The translations under genes and the position numbers were made by a program. The notes under the pieces were generated by a model. That model was not told the origin of the DNA. It saw only the letters and a program-made list of their open reading frames with translations, and searched no databases. Below are positions 17,416-28,259 of a stretch of DNA of 44,382 nt, piece by piece; the stretch's first letter is position 1, and every line of letters begins with the position of its first letter. Source of the stretch: Gammaproteobacteria bacterium (lineage in GTDB: Bacteria; Pseudomonadota; Gammaproteobacteria; JACCXJ01); NCBI GenBank assembly GCA_050740655.1, contig JBOIDW010000127.1, forward strand, positions 1 to 44,382, written 5' to 3'.

Positions 17416-19878
17416 GTGGCGCCAATGACCGAGCTTACGATAAGACAATTTGCCGAGGTCGTCGGTATCTCGGTGGATCGCCTGTTGGTGCAACTCGACG
17501 AGGCGGGTTTCACGAATAAGCAGGCCGGCGACGCCATTACGGACTCGGAGAAGACTCAGCTCCTGCAGCACCTGCGGCAGCGGCATGGTCGCGCCGAGGA
17601 CACCGCCGAGTCCAGCCGCATCGTCTTGCGGCGCAAGACGGTGAGCGAGATCAAGCTACCCACGGACCGGCGCGGCGGGCGTGCGCCGGCCAAGACCGTC
17701 AGCGTAGAGTTCCGCAAACAGCGTACCTACGTCAAACGCAGCGTCGTGGTCGAGGAGGAGGGTCAGCGCCGTGCCGCCGAGCTCACCGAGCGCGAGCGCA
17801 GCGAGGCCGAGGCCCGCCAACGCGAGGAGCTGCGCCTGGAGCAGGAACGCGCCGCCGCGGCCGCCGCCCAGGCCGCAGCCGAACAAGCCGCCAAGCTCGC
17901 CGCCACCCCCACGGCCGAACCGGTGCCCGAGGATAAGGCCGCACCGCGTGCCGAGCCTCGCCCCGGTCCACGCCGCCCGCGCGAGGCGGAGCCGGAACAG
18001 AAGCGCCAGCAGTTGCACGTGGCGGCCGGCAAGACCGCGCGGCGCAAGAAAAAGCCCCCGCCGCGCCAGGTCGTCATCCCGGCCGGCACCCGGCACGGCT
18101 TCGAGCTGCCGACAACACCCATCGTCCGAGAGGTCGCGCTGCCGGCGCAGCTCACCGTCGCCGAGCTTGCGCAACGCATGTCGGTGAAGGCCGTGGAGGT
18201 CATCAAGACCTTGATGAACATGGGCTCGATGGTCACCATCAATCAGCCGATCGACCAGGATACGGCCGCCATCGTAGTCGAGGAGATGGGACACAGGCCC
18301 AGAGTCCTTAAAGAGGATGCGTTGGAGGCAGAGCTGTTAGGCTCGGTCCAGTCCCTGGAAGGGGAGCGATCTCCGCGTCCCCCGGTCGTCACCATCATGG
18401 GCCATGTCGATCACGGCAAGACCTCGCTGCTCGACCATATCCGCCGCACGCGCGTGGCAGCCGGCGAGGCCGGCGGGATCACCCAGCATATCGGCGCCTA
18501 TCACGTCGATACGCCGCGCGGCACCATCACCTTCCTCGACACCCCGGGCCACGCGGCCTTTACCGCCATGCGGGCCCGGGGCGCCCAGCTCACCGACATC
18601 GTGGTGCTGGTGGTGGCGGCCGACGACGGCGTCATGACCCAGACCGTGGAGGCCGTTCAACACGCCAAGGCGGCCAATGTCCCGATCCTCGTCGCGGTCA
18701 ACAAGATCGACCAGCCCGGTGCCGATCCCGAGCGCGTCAAACAAGAGTTGTCGGTGCACGGCGTGATGCCCGAGGAGTGGGGCGGCGAGAACCTGTTTGC
18801 CCCGGTCTCGGCCAAGACCGGCGAGGGCATCGACAGCCTGTTGGAGGCGATCCTGCTCCAGGCCGAGGTGTTGGAGCTCGCCGCGGTCGCCGACGGACCG
18901 GCCGCAGGGGTGGTGGTCGAGTCGCGGCTGGAGAAGGGCCGCGGGCCGGTGGCTACCGTGCTGGTACAACGCGGCCGCATCAAAAAGGGCGACATTTTGC
19001 TGGCCGGCCAGGAATTCGGCCGTATCCGCGCCTTGCTCGACGAGGCCGGCCGTTCCATCGAGGAGGCCGGTCCTTCCATGCCGGTCGAGGTCCTCGGTCT
19101 GTCCAATGTCCCGAACGCGGGCGATGAGGCCGTAGTGGTACCCGATGAGCGCAAGGCACGCGAGATCGCCCAGCTGCGCCAGAGTCGGCTGCGCGATACC
19201 AAGCTTGCCAAGCAGCAGGCGGCCAAGCTGGACAACCTCCTCACCCAGATGGGGGAAGGCCGGTCAAACGTCCTCAATGTCCTCATCAAGGCCGACGTGC
19301 AGGGCTCGGCCGAGGCCCTGGTCGATGCCTTGACCCGCCTGTCCACCGACGAGGTGAAGGTCAATGTGATCGCAAACGCCGTCGGCGGTATCAACGAGTC
19401 CGATGTCAACCTCGCCATCGCTTCTAGCGCCATCGTCATCGGCTTCAACGTGCGCGCGGACGCCGCCGCCCGTAAGCTGGTCGAGGACGCCGGGATTGAC
19501 CTGCGCTACTACAGCATCATCTACGACGTCATTGACGAGGTGAAGGCGGCGCTGAGCGGTATGCTTTCGCCCGAGATCAGAGAGACCATCATCGGTGTCG
19601 CCGAGGTCCGTGAGGTCTTTCGTTCCTCGAAATTCGGCGCCATCGCCGGCTGCATCGTCAGCACCGGCGTGGTGCGTAAGAGCAGTCCGATCCGCGTGCT
19701 GCGCAACAACGTGGTGATCTACGAGGGACAACTCGAGTCGCTGCGGCGCTTCCGCGACGACGTCGCCGAGGTCAAGTCCGGGACCGACTGCGGGATCGGC
19801 GTCAAGGATTATAACGATGTCCAGCCCGGCGACCAGATCGAGGTCTTCGAGCGCGTCGAGCTGGCGCGCAGTATCTAG
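17416..19878 (+). CDS. infB: Translation initiation factor IF-2
   Basis: G-domain motifs [17 protein letters not shown] and NKID, plus a low-complexity Ala/Glu/Arg N-terminal region. The start is GTG 17416 or ATG 17425 ([10 protein letters not shown]...). Confidence 0.97.
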   Translation: MAPMTELTIRQFAEVVGISVDRLLVQLDEAGFTNKQAGDAITDSEKTQLLQHLRQRHGRAEDTAESSRIVLRRKTVSEIKLPTDRRGGRAPAKTVSVEFRKQRTYVKRSVVVEEEGQRRAAELTERERSEAEARQREELRLEQERAAAAAAQAAAEQAAKLAATPTAEPVPEDKAAPRAEPRPGPRRPREAEPEQKRQQLHVAAGKTARRKKKPPPRQVVIPAGTRHGFELPTTPIVREVALPAQLTVAELAQRMSVKAVEVIKTLMNMGSMVTINQPIDQDTAAIVVEEMGHRPRVLKEDALEAELLGSVQSLEGERSPRPPVVTIMGHVDHGKTSLLDHIRRTRVAAGEAGGITQHIGAYHVDTPRGTITFLDTPGHAAFTAMRARGAQLTDIVVLVVAADDGVMTQTVEAVQHAKAANVPILVAVNKIDQPGADPERVKQELSVHGVMPEEWGGENLFAPVSAKTGEGIDSLLEAILLQAEVLELAAVADGPAAGVVVESRLEKGRGPVATVLVQRGRIKKGDILLAGQEFGRIRALLDEAGRSIEEAGPSMPVEVLGLSNVPNAGDEAVVVPDERKAREIAQLRQSRLRDTKLAKQQAAKLDNLLTQMGEGRSNVLNVLIKADVQGSAEALVDALTRLSTDEVKVNVIANAVGGINESDVNLAIASSAIVIGFNVRADAAARKLVEDAGIDLRYYSIIYDVIDEVKAALSGMLSPEIRETIIGVAEVREVFRSSKFGAIAGCIVSTGVVRKSSPIRVLRNNVVIYEGQLESLRRFRDDVAEVKSGTDCGIGVKDYNDVQPGDQIEVFERVELARSI

Positions 19879-19911
19879 GTCGGTATTGCGTGGTGCGAGG
19901 GATCATGGCCC

Positions 19912-20268
19912 ATGCCAAAGGAATTCAGCCGCAGCCGGCGCATCGCCGAGCAGATCAAGCGCGAGTTGGCGCCACGGATCCAGTCCCAGGCCCTGGACTG
20001 GGGCTTGGGGCTGGTGTCCGTGACCGCCGTGGACGTGTCGCCCGATCTCAAGGACGCCAAGGTCTTTATATCCTGTCTTCAGGGCTCGGGCTACGAGGCC
20101 GCCGCGCGGCTCAATAGCTGCTCCGGTTCACTGCGGCAACACCTCGCCAAGACGATGCGCCTGCGCGCCGCACCGCGCCTGAGCGTCCGGCATGACGAGT
20201 CCCTGGAACGCGCCCGGCGGCTGGATGCCCTGTTGAGGGACACCCATCGGCGCGGCCAGGACCGCTGA
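19912..20268 (+). CDS. rbfA: 30S ribosome-binding factor RbfA
   Basis: MPKEFSRSRRIAEQIKRELA... is typical of the RbfA N-terminus. The position after infB is conserved. Confidence 0.93.
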   Translation: MPKEFSRSRRIAEQIKRELAPRIQSQALDWGLGLVSVTAVDVSPDLKDAKVFISCLQGSGYEAAARLNSCSGSLRQHLAKTMRLRAAPRLSVRHDESLERARRLDALLRDTHRRGQDR

Positions 20269-20288
20269 TCCGGCCAGCACCGCGGCCA

Positions 20289-21212
20289 ATGACCGATCGG
20301 CACAGCCGGCGCATCGCGCGCGACGTGCACGGCATCCTGTTGTTCGACAAGTCCGCGGGATTCAGCTCGAACGATGCCCTGCAGCGCGTCAAGCGACTCT
20401 ATGCGGCCCGGAAGGCGGGTCACACCGGCAGCCTGGACCTGCTCGCCACCGGTCTGTTGCCCATCTGTTTCGGCGAGGCGACCAAGCTCTCCGGGTTTCT
20501 CCTGGAGGCCGATAAGCGCTACCGGACACGCTTGCGGCTCGGGATCGTAACCACCACCGGAGACGCCGAAGGGGTAGTTGTATCCGAGCAGGCCGTGCCG
20601 GTCCTCGACCATACCCTTGTCTTGGCGGTGCTGAGCCGTTTTAGCGGCCCGATGGAGCAGATACCGCCGATGCATTCCGCCCTCAAGCAGGGCGGCCAAA
20701 GACTGTACAAGCTGGCCCACCGCGGCCTCACCGTGGCACGCAGCCCGCGACCCATCCACATCCATGCGCTGGAGCTGCTGGACCTCGGGCCCGCGAGCAT
20801 CGAGATCTCCGTGCGCTGCTCGAAAGGCACCTATATCCGTACCCTGGCCGAGGACATCGGCGCGGCGTTGGGTTGCGGCGCCCACGTAGCGGTCCTGAGA
20901 CGCGAGGGGGTAGGGGGGTTCGATATCAAGGACGCGATCGGTATTCCGGCCTTGGAAGCCCTCGCGGTCCAGGGCCATGCCGCCTTGGACGCATGCTTGC
21001 TCGGGCTCGACCAGGCCCTCGCAGACGCGCCTCGCGTCGCGCTCTCACGCGACGCGGCCTATTACCTCGGCCGCGGCCAGCCGGTTCTCGTGCCGCGGGC
21101 ACCCGCGTGCGGGATGGTGCGCCTCTACGACGACGGCCAGCGCTTTCTCGGCGTCGGTACCGTCATGGAGGACGGGCGCATCGCCCCCAAGCGTCTGGTG
21201 CGAGCCGCGTGA
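20289..21212 (+). CDS. truB: tRNA pseudouridine(55) synthase TruB
   Basis: GILLFDKSAGFSSNDALQRVKRLY..RKAGHTGSLD (catalytic Asp motif), with conserved synteny. Confidence 0.95.
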   Translation: MTDRHSRRIARDVHGILLFDKSAGFSSNDALQRVKRLYAARKAGHTGSLDLLATGLLPICFGEATKLSGFLLEADKRYRTRLRLGIVTTTGDAEGVVVSEQAVPVLDHTLVLAVLSRFSGPMEQIPPMHSALKQGGQRLYKLAHRGLTVARSPRPIHIHALELLDLGPASIEISVRCSKGTYIRTLAEDIGAALGCGAHVAVLRREGVGGFDIKDAIGIPALEALAVQGHAALDACLLGLDQALADAPRVALSRDAAYYLGRGQPVLVPRAPACGMVRLYDDGQRFLGVGTVMEDGRIAPKRLVRAA

Positions 21213-21240
21213 GCGCCGCGTCTGGTTTTAGACCTTTTTC

Positions 21241-21269
21241 TTGTTTGGGGCCCAGCCCGCGGCTAGAAT
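21241..21269 (+). promoter_or_regulatory. Sigma70-type promoter upstream of rpsO
   Basis: TTGTTT (21241-21246), a 17-nt spacer, then TAGAAT (21264-21269), 43 nt upstream of the rpsO ATG. E. coli rpsO also has its own promoter and an autoregulated leader. Confidence 0.5.
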
Positions 21270-21311
21270 GCCCGTTTTTCCATCCAGCGAAGGTTCAGCT
21301 AGAGACAGGCC

Positions 21312-21581
21312 ATGGTACTAACGGCGGCGCATAAGCACGAGGTCATCACGCAATATCAACGCTCCGGAGGCGACACCGGATCGCCGGAGGTGCAGGTTGC
21401 GTTGCTCACGCGCCGCATCGGCGACCTTTCCGAGCATTTCAAGACGCACCAGTCCGATCATCACTCCCGTCAGGGCCTGCTGCGCATGGTCAACCGCCGC
21501 CGCAAGATGCTCGACTATTTGAAGCACATCGACATCGAGCGCTACCGCAAGGTGATCTCGGACCTGGGTCTGCGCAAGTAG
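21312..21581 (+). CDS. rpsO: 30S ribosomal protein S15
   Basis: 89 aa: ...[47 protein letters not shown]. Confidence 0.97.
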   Translation: MVLTAAHKHEVITQYQRSGGDTGSPEVQVALLTRRIGDLSEHFKTHQSDHHSRQGLLRMVNRRRKMLDYLKHIDIERYRKVISDLGLRK

Positions 21582-21611
21582 ACCCGACGACAACGGCAAG
21601 CGAAGACTTTC

Positions 21612-23723
21612 ATGGCATTAAACAGAAAATCGTTTCAATTCGGCCCACACACGGTGGTGCTCGAAACGGGCGAGGTGGCCCGGCAGGCCACCGGGGCCGT
21701 AATGGTCAGGATGGGCGATACCGTCGTTTTGGTCACCGTCGTTGGCAACCAGGAGGGCGCGCCCGGGCGGGACTTCTTCCCCCTCACCGTGGATTATCAG
21801 GAACGCACCTACGCCGCCGGCAAGATCCCCGGCGGATTCTTCAAACGAGAGGGGCGGCCGAGTGAAAAAGAGACCCTGACCTCGCGGCTCATCGATAGGC
21901 CGCTGCGCCCCTTGTTCCCGAACGGCTACTTCCAGGAAGTACAGATCATCGCTACCGTGCTGTCGCTGGACCCCCAAATCGATCCCGATATCCCGGCACT
22001 GATCGGTGCCTCGGCCGCGCTCAGCATCTCCGGCCTGCCGTTCCAGGGACCGATTGGCGCGGCGCGGGTCGGCTATATCGAAGGCCAGTACGTGCTCAAT
22101 CCCACCTTTAGTGAACTGAAGCGCTCGGCGCTGGACCTGGTGGTCGCCGGAACCGAAACCTCGGTACTGATGGTGGAGTCGGAGGCCAGCGAGCTTAGCG
22201 AGGATACCCTGCTGGCGGCCGTGACGTTCGGCCATGAGCGATCCCAGATCGTCATTCAGAGCATCCGCGAGCTGGCCGCCGAGGTGCAAACACCGCCCTG
22301 GGATTGGCAGGCCGCCGCTGTCGATCCGTCCCTCGCCGCCGCCATCGAAACCGCGGCCAGGGCAGCGTTGCGCCAAGCCTATACCATCACCGACAAGCTG
22401 GCCCGCCGCCAGCGGGTCAAGTGGGTGCGCGCCCAGGCCTTGAGCGCGCTCGGCATCGGCGAACAACAAGGTGAGCCGCGCTGGCCCGAGCCGGCCGTGC
22501 TCGCGGCCTTCGAGGCCCTTGAGCAGCGGGTGGTACGCGGGATGGTCTTGGACGAAGGTAAACGTATCGATGGCCGGGCCATGGATGCGGTCCGCCCTAT
22601 TAGCATTCGCGCCGGCCTGCTGCCGCGCACCCACGGCTCGGCCTTGTTCACGCGCGGCGAGACGCAGGCGCTGGTGGTCACCGCGCTCGGCACCGAGCGC
22701 GACGCGCAGATCGTCGATGCGATAGAAGGCGAACGCAAAGAGGCCTTCATGCTGCATTATAACTTTCCGCCGTACTGCGTCGGCGAGACCGGCCGCGTGG
22801 GGGCGCCCAAGCGGCGCGAGATCGGGCACGGGCGCCTGGCCAAGCGTGGTATCCAGGGCGTGATGCCCGAACCCGGCACCTTCCCGTACACCGTGCGCGT
22901 GGTGTCCGAGATCACCGAATCCAACGGCTCCAGCTCCATGGCATCGGTATGCGGTACCAGCCTGTCGCTGATGGACGCGGGCGTACCGATCAAGGCCGCG
23001 GTGGCCGGCATCGCCATGGGCCTGATCAAAGAGGGCGAACGCTACGCGGTCCTGTCCGACATCATGGGCGACGAGGACCATCTGGGCGACATGGACTTCA
23101 AGGTCGCCGGCACCGCGCAAGGCATTACCGCCCTGCAGATGGACATCAAGATCGCGGGGATCACCCGCGACATCATGGATGCCGCCTTGAACCAGGCGCG
23201 CGCCGGCCGCTTGCAGATCCTGAACGAGATGAATGCCGTGCTCGCCAGGCCGCGTGCCGAGATGTCCGATTACGCGCCGCGCATCATCACCATCAAAATC
23301 GATCCGGAGAAGATCCGCGACGTCATCGGCAAAGGCGGGTCGACCATCCGTTCCATCACCGAGCAGACCGGGGCGGTCATCGACATCTCCGATGACGGCA
23401 CCGTGAAGATCGCATCGGTGGATAATCTCGCCGGCCAAGAGGCGCGCCGCCGCGTCGAGCAGATCACTGCGGACGTGCAGGTCGGCATGGTCTACGAGGG
23501 CCGCGTCGCCAAGCTGATGGACTTCGGGGCCTTCGTAACCATACTGCCCGGCAAGGACGGACTCGTGCATATATCGCAGATCTCCGACGAGCGCGTGGAG
23601 AGCGTCAGCGACAAACTGCGCGAGGGCGATAGGGTCAAGGTCAAGGTCCTCGAGATCGACAAACAGGGCCGCATCCGCCTGAGCATGAAGGCGGTCCATG
23701 GCGGCCCCCGCGATGGGCAATGA
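21612..23723 (+). CDS. pnp: Polyribonucleotide nucleotidyltransferase (PNPase)
   Basis: Collinear with E. coli PNPase over the full length ([34 protein letters not shown]..., [47 protein letters not shown], and KH and S1 domains). Confidence 0.98.
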   Translation: MALNRKSFQFGPHTVVLETGEVARQATGAVMVRMGDTVVLVTVVGNQEGAPGRDFFPLTVDYQERTYAAGKIPGGFFKREGRPSEKETLTSRLIDRPLRPLFPNGYFQEVQIIATVLSLDPQIDPDIPALIGASAALSISGLPFQGPIGAARVGYIEGQYVLNPTFSELKRSALDLVVAGTETSVLMVESEASELSEDTLLAAVTFGHERSQIVIQSIRELAAEVQTPPWDWQAAAVDPSLAAAIETAARAALRQAYTITDKLARRQRVKWVRAQALSALGIGEQQGEPRWPEPAVLAAFEALEQRVVRGMVLDEGKRIDGRAMDAVRPISIRAGLLPRTHGSALFTRGETQALVVTALGTERDAQIVDAIEGERKEAFMLHYNFPPYCVGETGRVGAPKRREIGHGRLAKRGIQGVMPEPGTFPYTVRVVSEITESNGSSSMASVCGTSLSLMDAGVPIKAAVAGIAMGLIKEGERYAVLSDIMGDEDHLGDMDFKVAGTAQGITALQMDIKIAGITRDIMDAALNQARAGRLQILNEMNAVLARPRAEMSDYAPRIITIKIDPEKIRDVIGKGGSTIRSITEQTGAVIDISDDGTVKIASVDNLAGQEARRRVEQITADVQVGMVYEGRVAKLMDFGAFVTILPGKDGLVHISQISDERVESVSDKLREGDRVKVKVLEIDKQGRIRLSMKAVHGGPRDGQ

Positions 23724-23757
23724 TGGTTTGGAAATTCACGGAACAAAGGCATAGCGC

Positions 23758-24006
23758 ATGGTCACCATCCGATTGAGCCGGCACGGCAGCAAGAAGCGGC
23801 CGTTTTATCACATCGTCGTCGCGGACAGCCGCTGCAAGCGTGACGGGCGCTTCATCGAGCGCGTCGGGTTCTTCAACCCCATGGCCGCACCGCATGAGCA
23901 GACGCTAAAGGTCGACCGCGAACGCTACGCGAGCTGGGTCGCGAAGGGTGCGCGGGCCTCGGAGCGCGTGCTCAGCCTGGTAAAGCGAGAATCCGCCTCG
24001 GCGTAG
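23758..24006 (+). CDS. rpsP: 30S ribosomal protein S16
   Basis: [40 protein letters not shown]. Confidence 0.97.
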   Translation: MVTIRLSRHGSKKRPFYHIVVADSRCKRDGRFIERVGFFNPMAAPHEQTLKVDRERYASWVAKGARASERVLSLVKRESASA

Positions 24007-24018
24007 CGCTGCAGTCCT

Positions 24019-24549
24019 ATGGCGCCGGCCGATCCGCTGCACCAGGGCCCGGCGCAGTGTGTCCTCATCGGCCGGATCGCCGGCCTGTTCGGCCTCCAGG
24101 GTGCAGTCAAGGTCATTTCCTATACCGAGCCGCGCGGGCAGATCCTGAGCTATGAGCCCTGGTATATAGAGGCCCGGGGTATTTGGCAGCCCCTCCCCCG
24201 GACCGCAGGCGGGTGCGCCGGCAAGGGCATCGTGGCACACTTCGCCGGCTATGCCGATCGGGACCAAGCGGCGCGGTTGCTGGGGGCGGAGATCGCAATC
24301 GAGCGCGTCCAATTGCCCGCGCTGACGGAGGGTGAGGTCTATCAATTCGACCTCATCGGCCTGGAGGCGATGACCCCGGCGGGCATCGCGCTGGGCAAGG
24401 TCGTCGACGTGCTCAGCACTGCCGCGCATGATGTGCTGGTGATCGGCGGGGACCGGCAGCGCTTGGTGCCGTTCGTGCGAGGGGTCTACGTGCGGGAGAT
24501 CGATCTCGAGACCGGACGCATCGCTCTGGATTGGCATCCGGACGACTAG
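24019..24549 (+). CDS. rimM: Ribosome maturation factor RimM
   Basis: ...IGRIAGLFGLQGAVKV.SYTEP...I....PW..., a PRC-barrel C-terminus, and a position between rpsP and trmD. Confidence 0.92.
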   Translation: MAPADPLHQGPAQCVLIGRIAGLFGLQGAVKVISYTEPRGQILSYEPWYIEARGIWQPLPRTAGGCAGKGIVAHFAGYADRDQAARLLGAEIAIERVQLPALTEGEVYQFDLIGLEAMTPAGIALGKVVDVLSTAAHDVLVIGGDRQRLVPFVRGVYVREIDLETGRIALDWHPDD

Positions 24550-24619
24550 CGATCGAGGTGTGCGCTGTTCTGGCAGTTCCCATCCCCTGCAAGATGCGTG
24601 AGCCGCGCGGGTTCGATCG

Positions 24620-25435
24620 ATGACCGTGTCAAGCCCAGCAAGGTCTGGAGCCGTAGCCGGCGCGGCGCAGCTCTACCTCGGGGTGGTGAGCCTGTTTCCT
24701 GAGATGTTTGCGGCCTTGACCGGGTATGGCGTGACAGGACGCGCCGTGGCGCGGGGTCTGGTACGCTTGCGGTGCTGGAATCCGCGTGAGTTTGCGTGTG
24801 ACGTACATCGCACCGTGGATGATCGGCCGTACGGTGGCGGACCGGGGATGGTCATGTTGTATACGCCCTTGCGCGACGCGATCCGCGCCGCGAAACGCGC
24901 CCTGGGTGCAGCGGCCCGGGTGGTGGTGATGACCCCGCAGGGCCGGCCTTTGAACCAGGCCGGCGCAGCGGTACTGCTGGCGCGCCAGCCGCTCATCATC
25001 GTGGCCGGCCGCTATGAGGGCATGGACGAACGCGTCATCGAGGGGCTGGCCGACGAGGAGTGCTCGATCGGCGACTACGTATTGAGCGGCGGGGAACTGG
25101 CCGCCATGGTGCTCATCGACGCCATGGTGAGGCTTATCGCGGGGGCTGTAGGCGATGCCGATTCGGTGCGCGAGGACTCGTTCCGTGCGGGTCTGCTGGA
25201 CCACCCGCATTATACGCGCCCCGAGACCGTGGATGGTCTGGCGGTACCGGCGGTGTTATTGAGCGGCAACCACGCAGCCATACGCCGCTGGCGGTTACGG
25301 CAGGCTTTGGGCCGCACCTGGGAACGCCGTCCGGATATGCTGGGCGCCTTGGATGCCGAGCAACAGGGACTAGTACAGGAGTATATGGATGAGAAACGGC
25401 GCCCGTTGGGCGATGGTAACGACAAGGGCGATTGA
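24620..25435 (+). CDS. trmD: tRNA (guanine37-N1)-methyltransferase TrmD
   Basis: Collinear with E. coli TrmD: VVSLFPEMF...YGVTGRAV...[16 protein letters not shown]...[10 protein letters not shown]...[20 protein letters not shown]...HPHYTRPE...[13 protein letters not shown]. The N-terminus is about 18 aa longer than in E. coli, so the start is uncertain. Confidence 0.95.
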   Translation: MTVSSPARSGAVAGAAQLYLGVVSLFPEMFAALTGYGVTGRAVARGLVRLRCWNPREFACDVHRTVDDRPYGGGPGMVMLYTPLRDAIRAAKRALGAAARVVVMTPQGRPLNQAGAAVLLARQPLIIVAGRYEGMDERVIEGLADEECSIGDYVLSGGELAAMVLIDAMVRLIAGAVGDADSVREDSFRAGLLDHPHYTRPETVDGLAVPAVLLSGNHAAIRRWRLRQALGRTWERRPDMLGALDAEQQGLVQEYMDEKRRPLGDGNDKGD

Positions 25436-25453
25436 AACAGGAGCAGGTCGCAT

Positions 25454-25807
25454 ATGAGCCGTATAATTGAGCAAATCGAATCGGAGATGATGACGCGCCA
25501 GCTACCGGACTTCCGTCCCGGCGATACGGTCGTGGTTCAGGTGAAGGTAAAAGAGGGCGAGCGCGAGCGATTGCAGGCCTTCGAAGGAGTGGTCATCGCC
25601 AAGCGTAATCGCGGCCTCAACAGCTCCTTCACGGTGCGCAAGGTCTCGCATGGGGAGGGCGTGGAGCGGGTATTTCAAGCCCACAGCCCGTTGGTACATG
25701 AGGTCGTGGTCAAGCGTCGCGGGGACGTGCGGCGCGCCAAGCTCTACTACACGCGCAATCTGAGTGGAAAGGCGGCCCGGATCAAGGAAAAGATCAAGCA
25801 CCGTTAG
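25454..25807 (+). CDS. rplS: 50S ribosomal protein L19
   Basis: MSRIIEQIE...[44 protein letters not shown]...GVERVF. Confidence 0.97.
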   Translation: MSRIIEQIESEMMTRQLPDFRPGDTVVVQVKVKEGERERLQAFEGVVIAKRNRGLNSSFTVRKVSHGEGVERVFQAHSPLVHEVVVKRRGDVRRAKLYYTRNLSGKAARIKEKIKHR

Positions 25808-26282
25808 CGGGGACGGCTATCAGGCCGTCTTGGATTGGCCGCTGGGGGTGCTCGGGATCCGCGTCTCGGGGCGCGGCCTGTCCGGGATCGATTTCCTGCC
25901 CGCGGCTCGCCGCGTAGGCGTACCGATCGCCCCGGAATACCAGGCGATGATCGAGCAGTTGCGGGCTTATTTCCGCGACCCGAGCTTCCGGTTTTCCCTC
26001 AGGCTGGCGCTCGAAGGCACGGAATTCGAGCGGCGCGTCTGGGCGGCGCTACGCCGCATTCCCGCCGGCACCACGGTCACCTATGGCACGCTCGCGATCC
26101 GGCTGGGCAGCGCGCCACGCGCCGTGGGGCGGGCCTGCGGGGCCAATCCCGTCCCGATCGTCATCCCCTGTCATCGCGTGGTCGCCGCCGACGGACTCGG
26201 GGGGTATATGGGGGCCAACGAGCACGGGCTTGACGTCAAGCGCTGGCTGCTGGACCACGAGCGTGCCCGCGCGCGCGCCTAG
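25764..26282 (+). CDS. ogt: Methylated-DNA--protein-cysteine methyltransferase (Ogt/MGMT family)
   Basis: Active site IVIPCHRVV, upstream [25 protein letters not shown]...G.P.A.RAVG.A.G.NP. Only non-ATG starts are available: GTG 25764 (a 44-nt overlap with rplS), TTG 25830 or GTG 25845. The 5' end is therefore uncertain. Confidence 0.85.
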   Translation: MERRPGSRKRSSTVSGDGYQAVLDWPLGVLGIRVSGRGLSGIDFLPAARRVGVPIAPEYQAMIEQLRAYFRDPSFRFSLRLALEGTEFERRVWAALRRIPAGTTVTYGTLAIRLGSAPRAVGRACGANPVPIVIPCHRVVAADGLGGYMGANEHGLDVKRWLLDHERARARA

Positions 26283-27174
26283 CGATCCGCCCCCCGTTTC
26301 GCCGCTCATCGAGCGCTTTCGTGACGCGCTGTGGATGGAGCGGGGATTGAGCGCGAATACGCTGAGCGCCTATGTCACCGATTTGACTCTCTTTGCCCGA
26401 TGGCTAGCACAAACTGAGGCCGATCTCGTCAGCGCCGGGCGTAGCGAGGTCATGTCTTTCCTGGGCGCGACGCCGAATGCCTCGGCACGCACCCTCGCAC
26501 GCCGCTTGTCGAGCCTGCGCCAACTGTATGGCTATCTGGTGCGGGAGGGATTAATAAAAGAAGACCCCTGTGCCACGATCGAGGGTCCGCGCGTCGGCCG
26601 GGTGTTGCCGCGTACCTTGAGCGAAGCTGAAGTAGAGCTGCTGCTGCAAGGCCCTAATATCGAAAGCCCGGCCGGGCTACGCGACCGCAGCATGCTGGAG
26701 CTGTTATACGCGACGGGGTTGCGGGTCACCGAGCTGGTCCGGCTCGAGCGTGCTCAGATCAATCTGCGGCAAGGGGTGGTACGGGTGACCGGCAAGGGGG
26801 GTAAAGACCGGCTGGTCCCGATCGGCGAGGAAGGCGTCGGCTGGTTGCAGCGCTACCTCGACGAGGGGCGAGGGACGCTCCTGAAGCGCGCGCTGTCCGA
26901 TTTCCTATTCGTGACCGCTCGCGGCGGCCCGATGACCCGCCAGGCGTTCTGGTACCTCATCAAGAGATACGCGCGGCAGGCCGGTATATACAAACCGCTG
27001 TCACCGCACACCCTGCGGCACGCCTTCGCAACCCATCTAGTGAATCATGGCGCCGATCTGCGCGTGGTGCAGTTGCTGCTCGGCCACAGCGACATCACGA
27101 CGACGCAGATCTATACGCACGTCGCGCGCGCCCGCCTCAAGGAATTGCACGCCCGCCACCATCCGCGCGGGTAA
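26263..27174 (+). CDS. xerD: Site-specific tyrosine recombinase XerD
   Basis: Collinear with E. coli XerD: IERFRDALWMERGLSANTLSAY..DL..., LRDR.MLELLYATGLRVTELV.L, GKGGKDRLVPIGEE, HTLRHAFATHL, LLGHSDITTTQIYTHV. GTG 26263 is the only in-frame start that keeps the N-terminal helix. It gives 303 aa and overlaps ogt by 20 nt. Confidence 0.93.
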   Translation: MPARAPSDPPPVSPLIERFRDALWMERGLSANTLSAYVTDLTLFARWLAQTEADLVSAGRSEVMSFLGATPNASARTLARRLSSLRQLYGYLVREGLIKEDPCATIEGPRVGRVLPRTLSEAEVELLLQGPNIESPAGLRDRSMLELLYATGLRVTELVRLERAQINLRQGVVRVTGKGGKDRLVPIGEEGVGWLQRYLDEGRGTLLKRALSDFLFVTARGGPMTRQAFWYLIKRYARQAGIYKPLSPHTLRHAFATHLVNHGADLRVVQLLLGHSDITTTQIYTHVARARLKELHARHHPRG

Positions 27175-27184
27175 CGCGGTATAG

Positions 27185-28057
27185 CTATGCGGCCAGTGGT
27201 TGCATAAAGTCGTAGACCAGGCTCAGATCGCCGGCCATGTCCCTACCGTTCTTGTAGCGGCGCGACCGGTCCTTGGCCAGCGCTCGGCGGGTGATGCGTT
27301 GGAGGATCGCGGGGACATCCGAGCGTAGGCTCGCCAGGGAAGGGGGATCCACGTTCAAGATCATCTCGTGGATAGAGGCGATCTTGTCGCCGATAAATGG
27401 ATGGGTGCCGGTCAACACCCGGTACAACACCACGCCCAACGAAAACAGGTCGCTCTGCCCGGTCAAACGCTCGTGGCGTACCTGCTCGGGCGACATGTAG
27501 AGGGGCGACCCGGCCTGCTCGATGTCCGCGTGACCGGGCTCGTCCGGCGAGAAGGCGATGCCGAAATCCGCGAGCTTGACGTCGCGATCCGGCGTGACGA
27601 GTATGTTCTTGGGCTTGATGTCGCGGTGCACGATGCCCTTGTGATGGGCGTAGTCGAGGGCCAAAGCGCATTTGTACAGGATACTGACGACCTCGGGCAG
27701 CGGTAGCAACCTGCTCAGGGTGCAAAAATCGGCGAGGGTCTGGCCGCCCGCCACGTACTCCATGACGATGTAATGGTATTCCTCCTGGATGCCGGCATCG
27801 AAGATCGTCGTGATATTCGGATGCATGAGCCGGCCGGCCGACTGCGCCTCATTGAAGAACAGGCGTTTATAGGTTTCTCCCGTTTCCGGACACGCGAGCC
27901 GCTGTCGGTGTGCGAGCTTGACCGCGACCTCGCGGTCGATGAACAGGTCGCGGGCGAGGTAGACCATCCCCATACTCCCAGAACCAAGCTCGCGAATTAA
28001 TTGATATTTTCCGATAGTTAGGTTAATGGCGGGAGTGCCTGTGTGCGGTGTCGTCAT
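27185..28057 (-). CDS. Hanks-type Ser/Thr protein kinase, catalytic domain only
   Basis: Motifs: LGSGSMGMVYLA (Gly loop), VAVKL, HRDIKPKNILV, DFGIA, SPLYMSPE, and a C-terminal ...RALAKDRSRRY. ATG 28057 (MTTPHTG...) places the Gly loop about 25 aa from the start. Longer versions up to 28360 would overlap dsbC. No TM, FHA, PASTA or other accessory domain is visible. Confidence 0.85.
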   Translation of the reverse strand: MTTPHTGTPAINLTIGKYQLIRELGSGSMGMVYLARDLFIDREVAVKLAHRQRLACPETGETYKRLFFNEAQSAGRLMHPNITTIFDAGIQEEYHYIVMEYVAGGQTLADFCTLSRLLPLPEVVSILYKCALALDYAHHKGIVHRDIKPKNILVTPDRDVKLADFGIAFSPDEPGHADIEQAGSPLYMSPEQVRHERLTGQSDLFSLGVVLYRVLTGTHPFIGDKIASIHEMILNVDPPSLASLRSDVPAILQRITRRALAKDRSRRYKNGRDMAGDLSLVYDFMQPLAA

Positions 28058-28259
28058 TTCCGTCGCCGAGTACCGTCTGGTCCGTGCAGGAAGTCCTATC
28101 GGCAGCCCTGGCATATGCTTAAGCGACGAGGGTGATTGCACGGGAGGGCTCATAAGAAGGCATGTGGTTTGATAAGATGGCGCCCGGGCCTGCCGCTCCG
28201 GATGCAAGTCCGGTGCGGAGCACGGGCGATTTTCCAATCTATGACCACGGGTGGTAGAC

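Noticed and set aside
17771-18187. Alternative-frame ORFs (138 aa on the + strand, and 159 and 212 aa on the minus strand) over the 5' third of infB
   Set aside because: This is the low-complexity Ala/Glu/Arg-rich N-terminal region of IF-2, where all frames stay open. No independent coding evidence exists.
21618-23720. 700-aa ORF on the minus strand covering the entire pnp gene
   Set aside because: It is the exact antisense shadow of a full-length, highly conserved PNPase. Its product is Arg/Gly/Ala/His/Asp-rich with no motif. Stop-free antisense frames are expected in high-GC genes with strong third-position GC bias.
26263-27174. Tyrosine recombinase as a possible phage or island integrase marking a mobile element
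   Set aside because: The sequence is collinear with housekeeping XerD, including the N-terminal domain, and sits in the conserved xerD-dsbC neighbourhood. No att-like repeats or phage genes lie nearby.
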